Shown piece by piece: positions 38,480 to 54,159 of a stretch of DNA of 64,000 nucleotides. This stretch comes from the human T2T-CHM13v2.0 reference genome, Homo sapiens: assembly GCF_009914755.1 (NCBI RefSeq), contig NC_060932.1; one strand, written 5' to 3'. Below the pieces are notes generated by a model. It ran no database searches. It worked only from the letters and a program-made list of their open reading frames with translations, and was not told the DNA's origin. The position numbers and the translations under genes were made by a program. How positions within the stretch are numbered: position 1 is the first letter of the stretch; each line of letters begins with the position of its first letter.

Positions 38480-39300
38480 AAACCCTCCCGGCTCGGCCTC
38501 TGTTCAGCCTTGATCTGGCTTGTCCCTGGGGGTGTCTGGCCTCAGCCTCCTCCCTTCCAGGGTCTGATGTCCCACCCCACGTGGACCTTCTCTCCTGGGC
38601 TCCTGCCTCCTGGCCGTGATTTGCCGTGGCTCTGACCTTCCATCTGATGTGTTCCCTGCCTGCCCTGTCCACCTGCCCTCTGGTTCCTGGCCTCCATCTC
38701 CACCCTCCCTAGACCCAGGGCCTGTCCCCCGGGGACCTGGTGAGTGCATGGCTCTCCTGACCAATCCTGCTTTTTCTGCATCATTTCCAAGCTCCACTGG
38801 TGGCACTGCTGTCCCACAGTCACCTGCATGAGAGCCCCTGGAGTTTCTCAGATGCTTCTCTGTCCTCTGACAATGCAGGTGCCTCTCCACATGCTGTGGA
38901 TTTTTACCTCTTTTCTTCTCAGGTCACCTCCTCTCCGTCGCTGCCTGCACTGCCTCCGCTCGCGGCTCCCTGGACCTTGTCTCTGCTGTCGAGGGCTCTC
39001 CAGGTTGGCCAGGAGACTGTTTTAAAGCACAGATCCCGTCTAGTCAGCCTCCATTGTGACGACCGCAGTGCAGTCCCAGCCTTCAGCCCTGCGCGGCACC
39101 ACCTTGCCGTGTTCCACACTGGCCTTTGATCAGAGCACTTGGGGGGCTCTCCCGCATGCCACATCAGGGCCCAGCAGTGCTCCCCCGGAGTCCCTCTGGG
39201 TTCCCAGGAAGGAGCACCCCTCCCCACTTCACTCACCCACATCCTAACCTCCTCTCCATCAGTGGACGGCTGCTCTCCCAGGGCCTGAGGGAGGGGCTGT
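38480..39300 (+). mobile_element. L2 fragment (diverged, GC-shifted)
   Basis: L2-like motifs: ggtggcactgctgtcccacagtcacc...cctggagtttc; gtggatttttacctc; ccaggagactgttttaaagcacagatc. Confidence 0.45.
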
Positions 39301-40260
39301 CTTCGGGTTTTTTATGCCTGACACCTTATCCATAGTAGACGTCCAAACCTTGCTTGCACCTGAATCGGCCGCACTTGTGTTTTTGGCCTCTCCTGTGTCC
39401 TGGGCGGCTTCACTTCCTCTGTCCTCTACATCTGGGGTTCCAGCTGCAGTCGACGGAAATACCAGGATGCAAAGGCTTTGGTACCAACTTTCTCACATGT
39501 CATGTGTGATTGTGACCCAGCAGGACGAGCTCTTCCTGCCCTGGGGTCAGGCTCTTAACCGCGTTGAAAGGTAGACATTCCTTGAAGGCTGATATGTATG
39601 ATTCTGCTCCATCTGGAACCTGAGAAAAGTGAATGATTGACATAATTGCTAAGAGTCTGAAACTGCAATTAGTTTAAAATTTTGAAATTGGCTTAATCTT
39701 ATGAAATACATAATATTGTTTTTGTATTTTGAGATTCAGAAATTGAGGCTTCCCCAGGGTCCCTGCTAATGACTGGCTATGTGGCTTTGGAGGAAGTCTC
39801 TCATGACACCAGCTGCTCTTGTCACTTAAAAAATTATATGATTTTTCTAAGTCTTTTAAAAATAACTGAATTGTAATTTGCATGCAGTGAAATGTCGCTG
39901 TTGGGTGTTGGGTTCGATGAGCTCTGAGGAACGTATTCCTCAGAAAGCCTCTCTTGCCGCTCCCAGCCAACCTCCTGGACCACTGTGCCAGCATGATGGC
40001 TTCATTACAGATCACTGCTTCCCACTGTAGAATTTCATGAAAGGGGTCATCTACGACTTCAGTGCTGTGTTACCTCCTTTCTATCAGCCTGATGATTTGA
40101 GCTCCATCCATGGTGTTGTTTGTATTAGTGGTTCATTCTTTTTGTTGGTGAGAGTATTCCCAACTTTTCACCTGTTATATTTGTGTCGTGATGTTGCCAT
40201 GTGGGTGCCCAAGTCCTGCGCTGCATGGGAATCGACCTTCTGAAGTTTTCTATGAAAGTG

Positions 40261-41173
40261 GCCCAGACCCCCTGCACCCCCATACTCGGAGTTCCTGTTC
40301 TTCTCTCCCACCTTGCCCAGACCCCCTGCACCCCCATACTCGGAGTTCCTGTTCTTCTCTCCCTCCTTGCCCGGACCCCCTGCACCCCCATACTCGGAGT
40401 TCCTGTTCTTCTCTCCCTCCTTGCCCACACCCCCTGCACCCCCATACTCGGAGTTCCTGTTCTTCTCTCCCTCCTTGCCCAGACCCCCTGCACCCCCATA
40501 CTCGGAGTTCCTGTTCTTCTCTCCCTCCTTGCCCGGACCCCCTGCACCCCCATACTCGGAGTTCCTGTTCTTCTCTCCCACCTTGCCCAGACCCCCTGCA
40601 CCCCCATACTCGGAGTTCCTGTTCTTCTCTCCCTCCTTGCCCAGACCCCCTGCACCCCCATACTCGGAGTTCCTGTTCTTCTCTCCCTCCTTGCCCGGAC
40701 CCCCTGCACCCCCATACTCGGAGTTCCTGTTCTTCTCTCCCACCTTGCCCGGACCCCCTCCACCCCCATACTCGGAGTTCCTGTTCTTCTCTCCCACCTT
40801 GCCCGGACCCCCTGCACCCCCATACTCGGAGTTCCTGTTCTTCTCTCCCTCCTTGCCCAGACCCCCTGCACCCCCATACTCGGAGTTCCTGTTCTTCTCT
40901 CCCCCCTTGCCCAGACCCCCTGCACCCCCATACTCGGAGTTCCTGTTCTTCTCTCCCTCCTTGCCCAGACCCCCTGCACCCCCATACTCGGAGTTCCTGT
41001 TCTTCTCTCCCTCCTTGCCCAGACCCCCTGCACCCCCATACTTGGAGTTCCTGTTCTTCTCTCCCCCCTTGCCCAGACCCCCTCCACCCCCATACTCGGA
41101 GTTCCTGTTCTTCTCTCCCCCCTTGCCCAGACCCCCTGCACCCCCATACTCGGAGTTCCTGTTCTTCTCTCCC
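40261..41173 (+). repeat. C-rich minisatellite, 54-bp unit, ~17 copies
   Basis: gcccagaccccctgcacccccatactcggagttcctgttcttctctcccacctt. Confidence 0.98.
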
Positions 41174-41811
41174 ATCTCCAGGAACTTCCAGGGGCGTTTG
41201 TTTCTGCTGGTCATCTCAGCTCGTGTTCTCCTATTGCTGATGCCTGGTGTGTATCCTTTCTCCTGTATCAAGCGTCTCCTTCATGGGCGATTCTGCCATT
41301 TAGCCTGAGAGGACGTCAGTACACTCGTGCCTCTCAGGGATATTTATATTTCAACATAGTGGCCAGAGGAGCAGTTCTCTAGATGCAGACTTTAAGACAC
41401 CATGCAAGCAAACTGATTGGCTTTTTTTTTTTTTTTTTTTGGTGTGTGTTTGTATTTTTGCTTTCTGTTGAGGGCCTTTCTAGGGCCTTTGATAATACAC
41501 CAGTTAGCTGTGTCGTTTCAGCTACTTAGAGGCTTGACTCTAATAGCAGATCCCGGCTGGTAATTTTCCCTTTTTGGTTTGTAATTGTGGAGTAGACTTA
41601 GTATAGAGAATGAAAGTGCTGTTTATTAGTATACTTTTGTATTTACACTCTAGCAGTGCACTTAAACCCAGCAGGCGTTGCGTACACAGTACTATGGTGG
41701 TTTTTGGATGAGACTGGTGTTTTCGTATTAGAAATCGCCACTGCACTACAATGTCATTAGTGATTATTATTGGGGAGTTTTGCGAAGTAGATAGAAATTA
41801 TTTTGACCTAA

Positions 41812-42138
<327 letters not shown>

Positions 42139-45100
42139 TAATAACGGTTGTCTCTGGGAGTTTTCCAAGGCTCCAGATCCTCAAGAACAGTGCTCTTAAC
42201 TTGTCTAATTCTGCACCTGTGCTGCTTCCTAGAACACGGTAGGTGGGAGGGCTTGGGATGGATGCATCCTTGCCTTTTAAGATGCATTTACACACAGGGG
42301 CTGGAACTCAGCTCTGTAGGAGATGGCGTGATCCATCATCATATGACTGCTGGGCATTGGAGAGAGCCTGAATAGTTACAGGTCAGACCTGCTCCCTTGC
42401 TGGCAATGAAGCAAGTCCCCAAAGTGTGATTCAAGTTCCATATCACAGCAGACGAAGAGTCATTCAGCTCCAGTTTACGGACTGCTGGGGTATTTTACAC
42501 TTGAGTGCATTTTGCTTTAATGACCTAGGAAATAGAATGTCTAAGGAAAATCGGACAACGGTGGTACAGTTGGCATCACGGGGGCAGGGCACATATTTAG
42601 TACCTGAAATAGGTATTCTTCAACTTACCTTTCAAGGTTCTGGAATAGATTCTAATGCTGTTCTGTTCAGGTTAACAGTCTCAGAGTCCATAAACATGTC
42701 TGTAAATTATTGAGCAAATGAAAAGGAATACATAAAATTGTTTTTATTGCCTCAGACAGTCTTTTAATTGGGTAATATTGAAAAAATCACATTTTTTCAC
42801 ATTATACTGTATAAAGCAGTATAATTTTTTCACATTACCGTATAAAACAACTGTTTTGTGGGAGGAAGTGGGTGAGGTTGGAAGTGTGTTGCACTTAGAA
42901 TAAGCACTCTGGTTTCTGTGACATCAGTTTTTTGATTTTTAAGAAGTTAAAATCCAACTGCAGTTGATAGAAACATCTTTTGATGTCAATGAAATATTAT
43001 AGTAACTTTGTAATTAAACATTTTATTTCTTGAAAGATGTTTCTAATTAACAGTGATTTATATTCCACACAATCAAAAACCAAGTCTCATTATGATTTAA
43101 TAGTTTTCGTCTTATAGTTTGCATTGCTGGATTTTAGTATTTCCATTACATATATGCATAACCATAGCCCTTCCAAATAGAATTTGTACCACAAATGTCA
43201 GCCATGCTGTGCTTAGTTATAGGAAGAATCTCCCCTGTCCCCCTTAGGAAGTGGCATGCACATATTTCTATTCAAGATCTAAGATGGCTAACACACCAGA
43301 AACAGAAGTGACTCAGCATGGGTTGTTTACAAGCAGCAACTGTTTCAGTTAGAAAAATACTAAAATAGTTTGAATCTTATTTATGAAAAGTAGAAGTGGT
43401 TGCCATAAATTAGGTTCCCCCTGTTTGGTGATGCTGGGGTGCTAACAGCATAGAGACTTGGGGAAGTGAGACGTGTCCCTCCATGGAGGGTTAAGCTTAT
43501 GGCTTCACAGGTGGGCTGGGGGAAGCAGGAGACTAAAGAAAAGATGGGATTTTTGTTTTCTTTGGCTGTAGTGCAGGCAGGAACCAAATAGGCTCCTGGC
43601 ACCTGAACATCCCTCCCTTTTCCATGTGGTTCTGAAGTCAGCAAAGGCAAGGCCATTGTCAGTTACTTATCTGGAATTAGACTCAGGAGAAATCCAACCA
43701 CAACACCGTTTAAAGTAGTTCCTCAGACCAGTATGCTGTGTTCTTCTGGCTCCAGGGACCACTCCCCTCTGTTCCTCTCCACTCCAGAGCTGAGAGAGGA
43801 CTCACAGAAGGCAGGAACTCTCTGGCTAGACCAAAGCCTTCTTTACTGATAGTAACTTTTCTTTGATTGTGAGATGGAGGCTGTGAGTTACTTCCCCAGA
43901 ATCACTCAGGTTTCTTTCTGGGGGGGTCATTCCTGTCGTTTAGAGACTACAGAGCTCTTCTCCGAGGGCCCCAGTGTCACCATGGGAACAGGGAAGAAAT
44001 GGCGTCTGAGCAGGGTATGGATCCCGTGTCCTCAGCGTGTGTGCTTTGAGCAAAGCAAAGGCCGTTCTGGAGGCTGCTGGCTCCCGTGCTGAAGGAACAT
44101 TGTGTTAGGGTGGAGTGGCCGGAGGCTCAGGTTTGTGCCTGTCGATGGGATGTGGCTACATTAATGAAAGTCCTTCCGTGAGTGAGGCTGTTTGTTCTCA
44201 GTTCTCTCATGATGGAGAGACAAGTTTCGTTATCAACCTTATGAATATAAAAGGATCTTTGCAGAAGGTTTTGTCTGTTCAGTAGTTTTCAGCCTTTAAA
44301 ATATTCCATGGAATGAAACCCCCTCAAGTTAATCGTCATCATTCACTGTTTAATACTCAGTTCTCCAGCCTGTGTTGATTGCTGGCCTAGTTGAAGAGGA
44401 AGTGAGGAGAATCATAAGTGTGAGTTAATATGCGTGGCAGACATCTATCTAAACAGTAGTAGAGCTGGTTTCTTCTGAGAAAGCCCCCAAGAACTTACAC
44501 ATAGATTTTAAAGCTGCCACCTTCCCACAAGTCACACTGTGACTCACCATTTTTAGAATTTCGCTTTGGAACCCTTCATAGACCAGGAATCTATCTGGAG
44601 GTACATTAATCTTATCTCATGTGGACAACAATGTATGATGGAAGGCATTGATTGCTGTGTTTTTCAGCAGTAGGAGAATAGAGAAAGTATAATATACATG
44701 CATGTGACGGACTGTTTTGTTCATTGTATGAAAATTGAGAAAAAAACAAGTTATAGAATAGCATGATCCTAATTTTGTAAACTATCTCATGATCCTCAGT
44801 TTCTGAGTAGAATTCACTTAGCAACAGCATGCTTTGGGAACTTAAATTTTCAGACTGAAATATTAACCCCTACTGATTTACATGGGAAATGAATTAAAAT
44901 ATTGAAATTAATTCATGAAAATTACAAAATATTACATTCAAAAATGCTATTTAAATATCTGGGGAGCCCGGATCATTTTACTTGATACTTTTCCCCTGTC
45001 CTTTTTAGATTATCTTTTTTTAAATGAAAAGATACACATGTTATAAGACATTGAACCAATATAGAAAACTACAAAGAAGACAACAACTGATCACAAAGCC

Positions 45101-45439
45101 TTCTACTCCTCAGGAGTAACCATCATTCACTACCAAACACACACAGTATAAAATGTAGAAGCACTTCATTAAACGGGATGATACTCTGTGGTATTTTAAA
45201 ATAAAGCATAAAATGTAACTATTTGATTTTAATAAAACTAATAAATTGACTTGAAAAATGGAACTCATTCCTATGCTTCACACAAACGTTTGTTCATCCC
45301 AGTAAACATAATTCTTTAAAAGCCTAAGAATAAAGAAAGAGAAAATTTAAAACAATATAATTTTTGAAAAATGAAAGTACTATTCCTGCGTTTTCTCGTG
45401 CATTTTCTCCTCTACCACAAAAAGTTAAATTTGCTTATA

Positions 45440-45852
45440 CCTATGCATACATACAAACACGCATACACGTGTGCATACATACACACATACACACACACAT
45501 ACACACATGCATAAACACCCATGCACATGCATGCATACAAACATGCACACACACCCATGCATACAGACAAACACATCACACATGCATACACGCATGCATG
45601 TACATGCACAAACACGTGCACACAAACATGCATAGACATGCACACAAACATGCATAAACATGTGCATACAGTCATACACAGAAACATATACACATGCATG
45701 TGCACACACACGTGTCTGCACAGAAACATACACACGTGTATGAACACAAACATGCATACACATGTGCATACACAACACACATACACACATGTATACACAC
45801 AAATGTGCATGCACACATAAATACACACATACACATGCATGCATGCACACAC
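45440..45852. repeat. CA/TA/TG alternating low-complexity tract
   Basis: catacacacacatacacacatgcat... over ~410 bp. Confidence 0.9.
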
Positions 45853-45938
45853 GGGTTGGCACTGCTCCATCTGTGTCATGTCATACAACTCCTCAGCTCC
45901 TACAGAGGCTCATCTTTACTTTTAGTCAGTTTATCTAG

Positions 45939-46225
<287 letters not shown>

Positions 46226-46998
46226 CTCATCTTTTTTACTTTGATCTCTTTGCTGGTCAGTTTTATTATTGAGTTGTTCTTTTCTGCATGGGTCATGAGG
46301 GTTTGCTTCACGATTTCTTCCTAGGTGAGAATGCCTGCCCTTTGCTCTTATAATCTGAGGAAAACTTGGGTTCTTTTAAATGTTTGGCTCATACCCTTTC
46401 TTTCCTTGGAGCTTGAATATACTGTTTCACTGTCCTCATAACAGCAGTCTTTATACTGTGTATATTTTGGGGGAACTGGAATGTGTTGTGGCATCCCTGT
46501 CTCCAGTGCAGGGGCCTGGGTTTCTGTTTCCTGCATTGTTCATGTGTGAAGCCACAGCTGCTGTTATCCTGAAGGATACGTGGGCTGGTTGTAGCATGCT
46601 TGGGTCATGTTACCTGTAGAATCCTGAGATCAACATTGCTGCCTCCAGATGAACCATACCAGGTTAGCTTCTTCCTCCATGCTGTGCCTATGTGATTGAT
46701 CATCTTCTTAAAAATATGTATTTAAAGCTTAACCTAGTTAGGACATTTTCTGATATTTGTTATTCTGCACAAAGTTGAGAGTACAGTTAGTGCACCTGTC
46801 CAGTCCCCTCCTCACGCCAGAGATACTTTCTCCTCCCGTGTCGGTGGAGCTGTTTTGTCTCCTGCTTGTTTTCATTTGGTGTTGTCCTTTGCTGCTGCTT
46901 CTCTGGCTGTGCCTGTGACCCTTCCTGTGTATTCCCCTTTCCATCTCCTGTTACCTCTTCTCTCACTTTTCTCATCTTCTTTCCCTTGTTGAATTTAA

Positions 46999-47402
<404 letters not shown>

Positions 47403-47515
47403 GGTGGTGTGGTTTTAATACTCAGTTGAGTTCCTTTCCTGTGCAATTTCTTTTTTCATCTCTTTTATTATCTCATTTTCAAGTTCTTGCCCTGTTGAAT
47501 TAATGTGCTTGCTAA

Positions 47516-48450
47516 GGATTTTCTCTAGAGCAGACAGATCCGGGTGGAGGTGGTTTTCTTTTGCACTGGATTTTCTCTAGAGCAGACAGATCCGGGTGGA
47601 GGTGGTTTTCTTTTGCACTGGATTTTCTCTAGAGCAGACAGATCCGGGTGGAGGTGGTTTTCTTTTGCACTGGATTTTCTCTAGAGCAGAGAGATCCGGG
47701 TGGAGGTGGTTTTCTTTTGCACTGGATTTTCTCTAGAGCAGACAGATCCGGGTGGACGTGGTTTTCTTTTGCACTGGATTTTCTCTAGAGCAGACAGATC
47801 CGGGTGGAGGTGGTTTTCTTTTGCAGTGGATTTTCTCTAGAGCAGACAGATCCGGGTGCAGGTGGTTTTCTTTTGCACTGGATTTTCTCTAGAGCGGACA
47901 GATCCAGGTGGGGGTGGTTTTCTTTTGCACTGGATTTTCTCTAGAGCGGACAGATCCGGGTGGGGGTGGTTTTCTTTTGCACTTGATGTTCTCTAGAGCG
48001 GACAGATCCGGGTGGAGGTGGTTTTCTTTCGCACTGGATTTTCTCTAGAGCGGAAAGATCTGGGTTGGGGTGGTTTTCTTTTGCACCGGATTTTCTCTAG
48101 AGCAGACACATCCGGGTGGGGTGGTTTTCTTTTGCACTGGATTTTCTCTAGAGCGGACAGATCCGGGTGGGGGTGGTTTTCTTTTGCACTTGATGTTCTC
48201 TAGAGCGGACAGATCCGGGTGGAGGTGGTTTTCTTTCGCACTGGATTTTCTCTAGAGCGGAAAGATCTGGGTTGGGGTGGTTTTCTTTTGCACCGGATTT
48301 TCTCTAGAGCAGACAGATCCGGGTGGGGTGGTTTTCTTTTGCACTGGATTTTCTCTAGAGCCGACAGATCCGGGTGGGGGTGGTTTTCTTTTGCAATGGA
48401 TTTTCTATAGAGCGGACAGATCTGGGTGGGGTGGTTTTCTTTTGCACTGG
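47516..48450 (+). repeat. Minisatellite, 52-bp unit, ~18 copies, with a 207-bp higher-order duplication
   Basis: ggattttctctagagcagacagatccgggtggaggtggttttcttttgcact; identical variant pattern at 48012 and 48219. Confidence 0.97.
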
Positions 48451-49899
48451 TGTCTAGATTTGGTTTTTGCATGTGGTGTTCCATTTACGGATGCATTTTT
48501 GTTATCCTAATTGCTCTGTTATTACTTTTCCTCTTGGTTATGAACTGTCCGGTATTACTGTTTGCTTTGATGTGGATAAATTCTTCTCCAAGGTATTTTT
48601 GTAGCCTTGATCTTTACTCAACGTCGACTGCAGGGGCGTTGGGGGTGAGGAGGGTGACGGTGTGGAGGTGGCTCCTCAAGACTCCAAGCAGCCTCTGTGG
48701 ATGGCCTGCTTCTCTTCTGCGATGTGTGTGGACAGGTGTGGGGGGAGAGGAGAGGGAGACCTTGCTCATCGGGTGCTGATTCTTGGTTCCATGCGGCGTC
48801 CGAGAGTGCCTGGGAGCAGGTGAAACTCCCCTCCAGGGATTTCCTCAGTGTAGGCAGGAGTGCCGCTCACCCTGTTCGCTGTGCCATTTAAAATCAGGAG
48901 GTGTCGATGACATTTGCAGGCTATTGTTGATAGTTTCCACTCACTTCTCTGAGTGGCAATGACAGAGGGAATCACAATTTCTCCACTCTCTTCTTTTGAT
49001 ATAAAACATTTATTCATGAGTGTGTGCCCCTTTTTCTTGTATGCTTGCTGCTATAGATAATGTTTTTGGAGGAGACTGGAGAGCTTTGACTATTTTTCAC
49101 ATTGTATTGTGATCAGGACAGGGTTGTACTGCACACAGCCTTTCTCCACTGGCTCTGTCAGAAGCCTGAGAACTTGACATCATTTTATCGAGAAGTCTGC
49201 CGAGCAGTTTTTGAACAAAAACATAAGTTTGTGTTACGTCCATGTATTCATTTATGTCTAATTTTTATCCTTTTTAGGCCAACATTTTGACAAACTTAAA
49301 GTAATATTTATAATCTCTCAAACTTTTCATCTAGAAAATGTTTTTGTGTCCTGATACTATTATTGATGAGAGCAAATGCTTTTGATTATAAAACACTGTA
49401 ATAATTAAAATATTGAGGAAGGTGTCATGAAACCTCAAACGAAAGTTACGGAGAAATGATTGGAAAAAACCGAATTGCTCTTAAGTGCAAAACAGAGGTA
49501 ATATTTTAGAACTACATTTATTTTAGCTATAGCATTCAAAGTAATATTGATGTTATAGAAGTTGCCAAGTCCCATGAGTCTGGCAGCAAGCCATTTATCT
49601 TTTTCTCTACTATTGCTGTAACGTACACACACATTTGAATGTCCTTCCTCCACTCCCCCAAATTTCCGTTACAATTTCAAGAACAAGGAACAAGGAAGAA
49701 ATCTTGACACTCAGAACAGATCCTGGCCTGAGGGTCTGGGGGATAATGCTGCTGATGCTTTGAGGCTCAAGAAAGGGCTTGGTTTGAAAAGTGATCCCTG
49801 TTAAAGCGTGTTTGAGCTTAAAAATGGTCATATGAACCGGGCGAATTGACTCTTTTCTGAAAGGTTTTAATTTTCCTACACAATATACGATACGGGCAC

Positions 49900-50080
49900 T
49901 TAGCATATTCTGGGACTGTGCTACCTGTTTACATAGATTTCCTCAATTGTCTTCCACCTGCTTAAATGAACGATGATGCCTATCCCTTTCCGCAGATGAA
50001 GACCCCCAGGCCCAGGGAATTCGATCACTGGCTGAGAACTCACAGCTAAGGAGGGGGAGCCTGGGATTCCTTCCTGGTGC
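49900..50080 (-). mobile_element. MIR fragment
   Basis: tatccctttccgcagatgaagacccccaggcccaggg...tcacagctaagg...cctgggattc. Confidence 0.6.
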
Positions 50081-51384
50081 TCACACCCGAGACCCTTTTG
50101 TCACTGTGTTCAAAGGCACTGCTGCACAGACGTGATTCTTCTTTCAACGAACATCTCCAGGACTTCCTCCGGGGTCTGTGACCTCATCTATAATTAAAGG
50201 GAAAGAGATCTTCCTGAGATTAGCCCATTTAACTTGTTTAACTAGATGCATGCTGCAAAAACTGTTTTCAAGAAATGAACAATTGACTATTTAAAAAGAG
50301 CCAAGCCTTAAAAGAAGACCAGGTTTTAATAGGGAAAACATTCAGTAAAATATTATTCTGCAGTAACTTGTGGAATGACTGCTGTACACACAGCTCTGGG
50401 CTGGGTACCTGGAAGCTCACGAGCTTGTTTGGCCTCCCCTCCTGGACACAGGAGGTGTCAAGGCTGTGGTCAGCAGAATCTACCCAGCTGGACACTGAGT
50501 GGACGCCCTGTGGGGTGGCTGTGAAATGGGTCCACTTTGTAGTGGCAGCATCCCTGATAGTACTTCTGAAAGGGACAAGATAGAAAAGCAAACCAAACTG
50601 AAACTGAGAAGTCGTGGATGATACCAGGGGCGCACAGTGGCTGACAGGAAGAGACTGCCTGGGGGGTCTCGGAGCCAGTGGCTGGAGTGGAGTTAGTTTG
50701 ACCGAGTCCTGGACTAGGGAGGGGACCCCCAAAGCATGCCCAGCATGGCGCTAGTGGGGCCCAGGCACCCCATGTCCCAACGACTAGAACCAATAATCAG
50801 GTTAACACTCATTAAATAAGAAGTGTCTGTGCCTCCTGGGATAAAAATCCTTTATAACGATCTGGGACGCGAGCTCAAGTCCCTGTTCCCTTGTCCTCCA
50901 CAGCAGTGTGCAGCGTGGAACTCGGCGGTTCGGGGTCCCTGAGTCCCTGAGCCACTGTCTACCCCCTGCTCCATCCCAAATGCAGAGACCCCTGAGCACT
51001 CATGTGGACATGCCCCACCATGCCCTGGCTGCTCCTTCAGGATGGCGCAGGGCCACCGCTATGGGAGGACTCTAAAGGGTGGGTCTCAAGCCCTCCTCTG
51101 CTTACCCTAAATCAGGAGAGCAAACCGAATGCACTGCCCTCTTCCTTCACTCCTGCATCCCATCCCCCGCTATGGCCTCACTATCAGGTGGGCATCTGTG
51201 CTCCTAGTTTTCATGGGTGGCCCGACGGGGGCTGCAGAAAGTTCATGCATCGCATCACCCATCAGTGTAAGGTGCAGTGATCCTGCCACATGTGTCTTTG
51301 TCACAGGTCACTAGATTAAAGGCTAATATATCCATGGGTGGATGGAATATTTATTTGGCCAAATTGTTGTCTAACAATCCATTG

Positions 51385-51760
51385 GTTTTGGTTATCTATT
51401 GCTGAATAATAAGCCATCTCAACATTTAGTAAGCAGTGAGCATTGGTTGAAGCCACTGTTCCTGATGGCCAAGGTTGCCCAGGCTCAGCTGGGTGGCTCT
51501 TCTGCTCTGTGATGTGAGCTGGGGCTGAGCATCTGGAGATTTGACTGGGCAGTCAGGCACTCACTCACACAGGGCAGGTGGGGCTGGCTGTCAGCTTGTA
51601 GCTCATCTAGGGCTGTTGTCTGAGCGCCTGGATTCTCTCTCATGAGACCTGTCCAGCACCTTGGTCCCCCCATACCCCAGAATGGTGGCTCGGCCCTAAG
51701 TGGGAACCATTGAGTTAATGATGACATGACATTCTATCAAGAGATGATACCACAAGCCAT
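51385..51760. mobile_element. MLT1-type MaLR LTR
   Basis: ggttatctattgctgaataa...aggctcagctgggtggctcttctgct...cactcacacagggcag...gctggctgtcagct. Confidence 0.65.
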
Positions 51761-53249
51761 ACAGACATTTCTTACTTGTGTTTTTGTCATCATGTTTCAG
51801 CTTGTTTTAGCTTGGTGTCCCCCTCCCAAAAGATTGTAAATTATTCCAGTGCCAGGAATATATTTATTTCAATTCTTTTTTACCATTTTTTTTATTCTCT
51901 TGATGTTGCCTGGCACAAAATAATTGCCCGATACATGTTAGGACAGAAGTGACATTTGGATTGTTTCCGATCTTTTGGCTTTTATAGTATTAAAACAAAA
52001 ATTTAATTTCCTAAAGCTTTTTCCATACAAATTAAAATTCCCCTAGAATTGTTCCTACAAATGGAAACACTGGCTCTAAGTATATGAATGTTGTAGACTT
52101 GCAATACACACTTCCAAGCTGCTTTTTCTCTAGGGACCACACATATTTATGTTGCCATTGGCAAGCGTGACAGAAACCTCCCAAGCAGCTTAACCAGCAT
52201 TTGGCCACTTTAATTTTGTCTTTTATCTTCATAAATTTGGTAAGCTACAGTGACATTTTATTGCTTTAATTTGCATTTTGAGATTATTACCTGCTGTTTC
52301 AAATAGGTGAGCTCTACTTTTTCAAATACACGTCCAGATTTGGCTTGACTTGGAGTATTATATTCAAAATAGAGTCGGCCACAATCAGGGTTGGAAGTAC
52401 CTAAGTTGTCATCTGGAATCTCCCTTTGGCCTCACGACTCTCTTGAGTTTCAGACCCTCCTGTATAGTGCCTGTGAAGGGATCGGATTGTGTCCACAGCT
52501 CGCACACTGAGCCTCTGGCTCAGTCACAGCTTAGAAGTGGTTACCAACTTAATTTCATTTTCTTAGGAAGGTGGGAGTGTCTCCAGTATGTGCGGCATCT
52601 TTCTCAGCTGGGAGGTCGGCTTCACACCAGTAGGTCGAGCCCTGTCTTCACTGCGCTCTGCCCTTGGTGGAGAGACCCCCGTGGCCCAGTATTGCAGCTG
52701 AAGTGTCCATGTCAAGGCATTATCATATGTTTTGTATCCTCAACTGTAGCAAAATGAAAATGTGATGCAGTGGGCAGAACTCAGGCAGGAGGGGGCTGCT
52801 GTCCGGCACCATGCAGGAAGGCTGCGTGGCAGCAGGGATGGTCACAGGCACACACAGGGCCCTGGCTTTTTGGCTGGGTCTTGTGTAGTGGTTGAATGAG
52901 ATGTGACCATGGAGGGCAATGAGTGAAGAGCACACAGAAACTCTGTCTTCCACTGCCCTTGTGTCTTCCTGTGGATGGATCGTTATTTCCAAAGAAAAGA
53001 TCGAAAGTAGTGTCACTGGTGCATCTATGTGGAGTTCCTGGCCCACTGATTGAGGCTACTGACCTCACCTACAGTTTGGAGCCCTTTCTGTTTTCCCAAA
53101 ATACATTTGCTTGGCCTTGAGGGAACAGCTGTGGAGCTTGTGTTCTTGGAGTGAATCAGCCTTCCTGTGACTTCTACTCAGAAAGTCTGCAGAGAATGTC
53201 ATAGAAAAGGGAGCCGCGTCCTTAGCAAGGCAGCCCGTCAAATAGTTGA

Positions 53250-53602
<353 letters not shown>

Positions 53603-53812
53603 CTACATCCCCAGTGTTTAAGCCATGCCTTGTGCCCTGGGAACTGCAGACACCAATCTGGATAATCTCTCTTGTACTTGTATTGAGTGTCCCTGTTGAA
53701 ATTCAATGACCCAAATAATACCTTCAGGGAATGTGCTCCAGATGTCCCATGACTGGCAGAACCAGAACTTACGTAACGGGGAGTGAGGGAGATCAAAGAA
53801 ATCTCACACCCT

Positions 53813-54136
<324 letters not shown>

Positions 54137-54159
54137 CTATGCTTCTGGGGAGGATTGTG

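Noticed and set aside
40125-41382. Five overlapping 330-390-aa ORFs
   Set aside because: Product of a stop-free 54-bp repeat read in multiple frames.
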